NCBI GenBank assembly: GCA_965217895.1
Contig: CBDCJV010000002.1
Coordinates: forward strand, 1,408,001-1,472,000
DNA from: Waterburya sp.
GTDB lineage: Bacteria; Cyanobacteriota; Cyanobacteriia; Cyanobacteriales; Xenococcaceae
Direction: 5' to 3'
DNA length: 64,000 nt
Shown: piece by piece, positions 63,777-64,000 of the stretch
Layout: the number at the start of each line of letters is the position of its first letter
Numbering within the stretch: position 1 is the stretch's first letter
Made by a program: the position numbers and the translations under genes
The notes under the pieces: generated by a model
The model's input: only the letters and a program-made list of their open reading frames with translations
The model's database searches: none
What the model was told of the DNA's origin: nothing

Positions 63777-64000
63777 CTTTTTATCGTATCATCACATTTT
63801 CAACAAATCCTAACTCTACTATTGTGTCAATTTTGACCAATGATCGCAGGAACGCAACGGTCGGTTAATTCCTTCGTCCCCTTTAAAGCTTTCAGTAAGC
63901 AGGCTTTGCCGTATCTTGGTCAGCGTATATAGGCAAGTGCGCCTTTTTCTCACCTCTGTCGGCGACGCGATTCGCAAACAAAGGATTTGTCCGCATATAA

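Overview
Chromosomal window from an AT-rich cyanobacterium (abundant HIP1 octamer GCGATCGC; Pleurocapsales-like is my impression only). Most of it is housekeeping or accessory metabolism: glgB 3' part, tRNA-Val, a CuA-less (ARTO-type) heme-copper oxidase operon, exbD-exbB-tonB, lptAB, rimK, rpoZ, a stand-alone fusA, rplI, gloB, msrP, mltA, cysE, cruF-cruG, a tyrosine recombinase, tandem Crp/Fnr regulators, hicAB and polA. The most notable signal is a dense population of very small non-autonomous mobile elements from several families, some of which visibly break genes. A 48-bp GTCA-bounded element displaces the catalytic Pro-1 of a tautomerase. An IS200/IS605-ended mini-element cuts off the start of a tandem-repeat protein gene. 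A TTA-duplicating MITE splits an RTX gene. A 51-bp in-frame insert splits a HIP1 site inside a helicase-nuclease gene. Two small accessory segments, including hicAB, are bracketed by direct repeats anchored on HIP1 sites. Also notable are a eukaryote-type sphingosine kinase-like gene, a candidate Crp operator and a candidate structured sRNA near polA. I saw no CRISPR array, prophage or intact transposase. All family assignments are by eye from motifs; no database searches were run.
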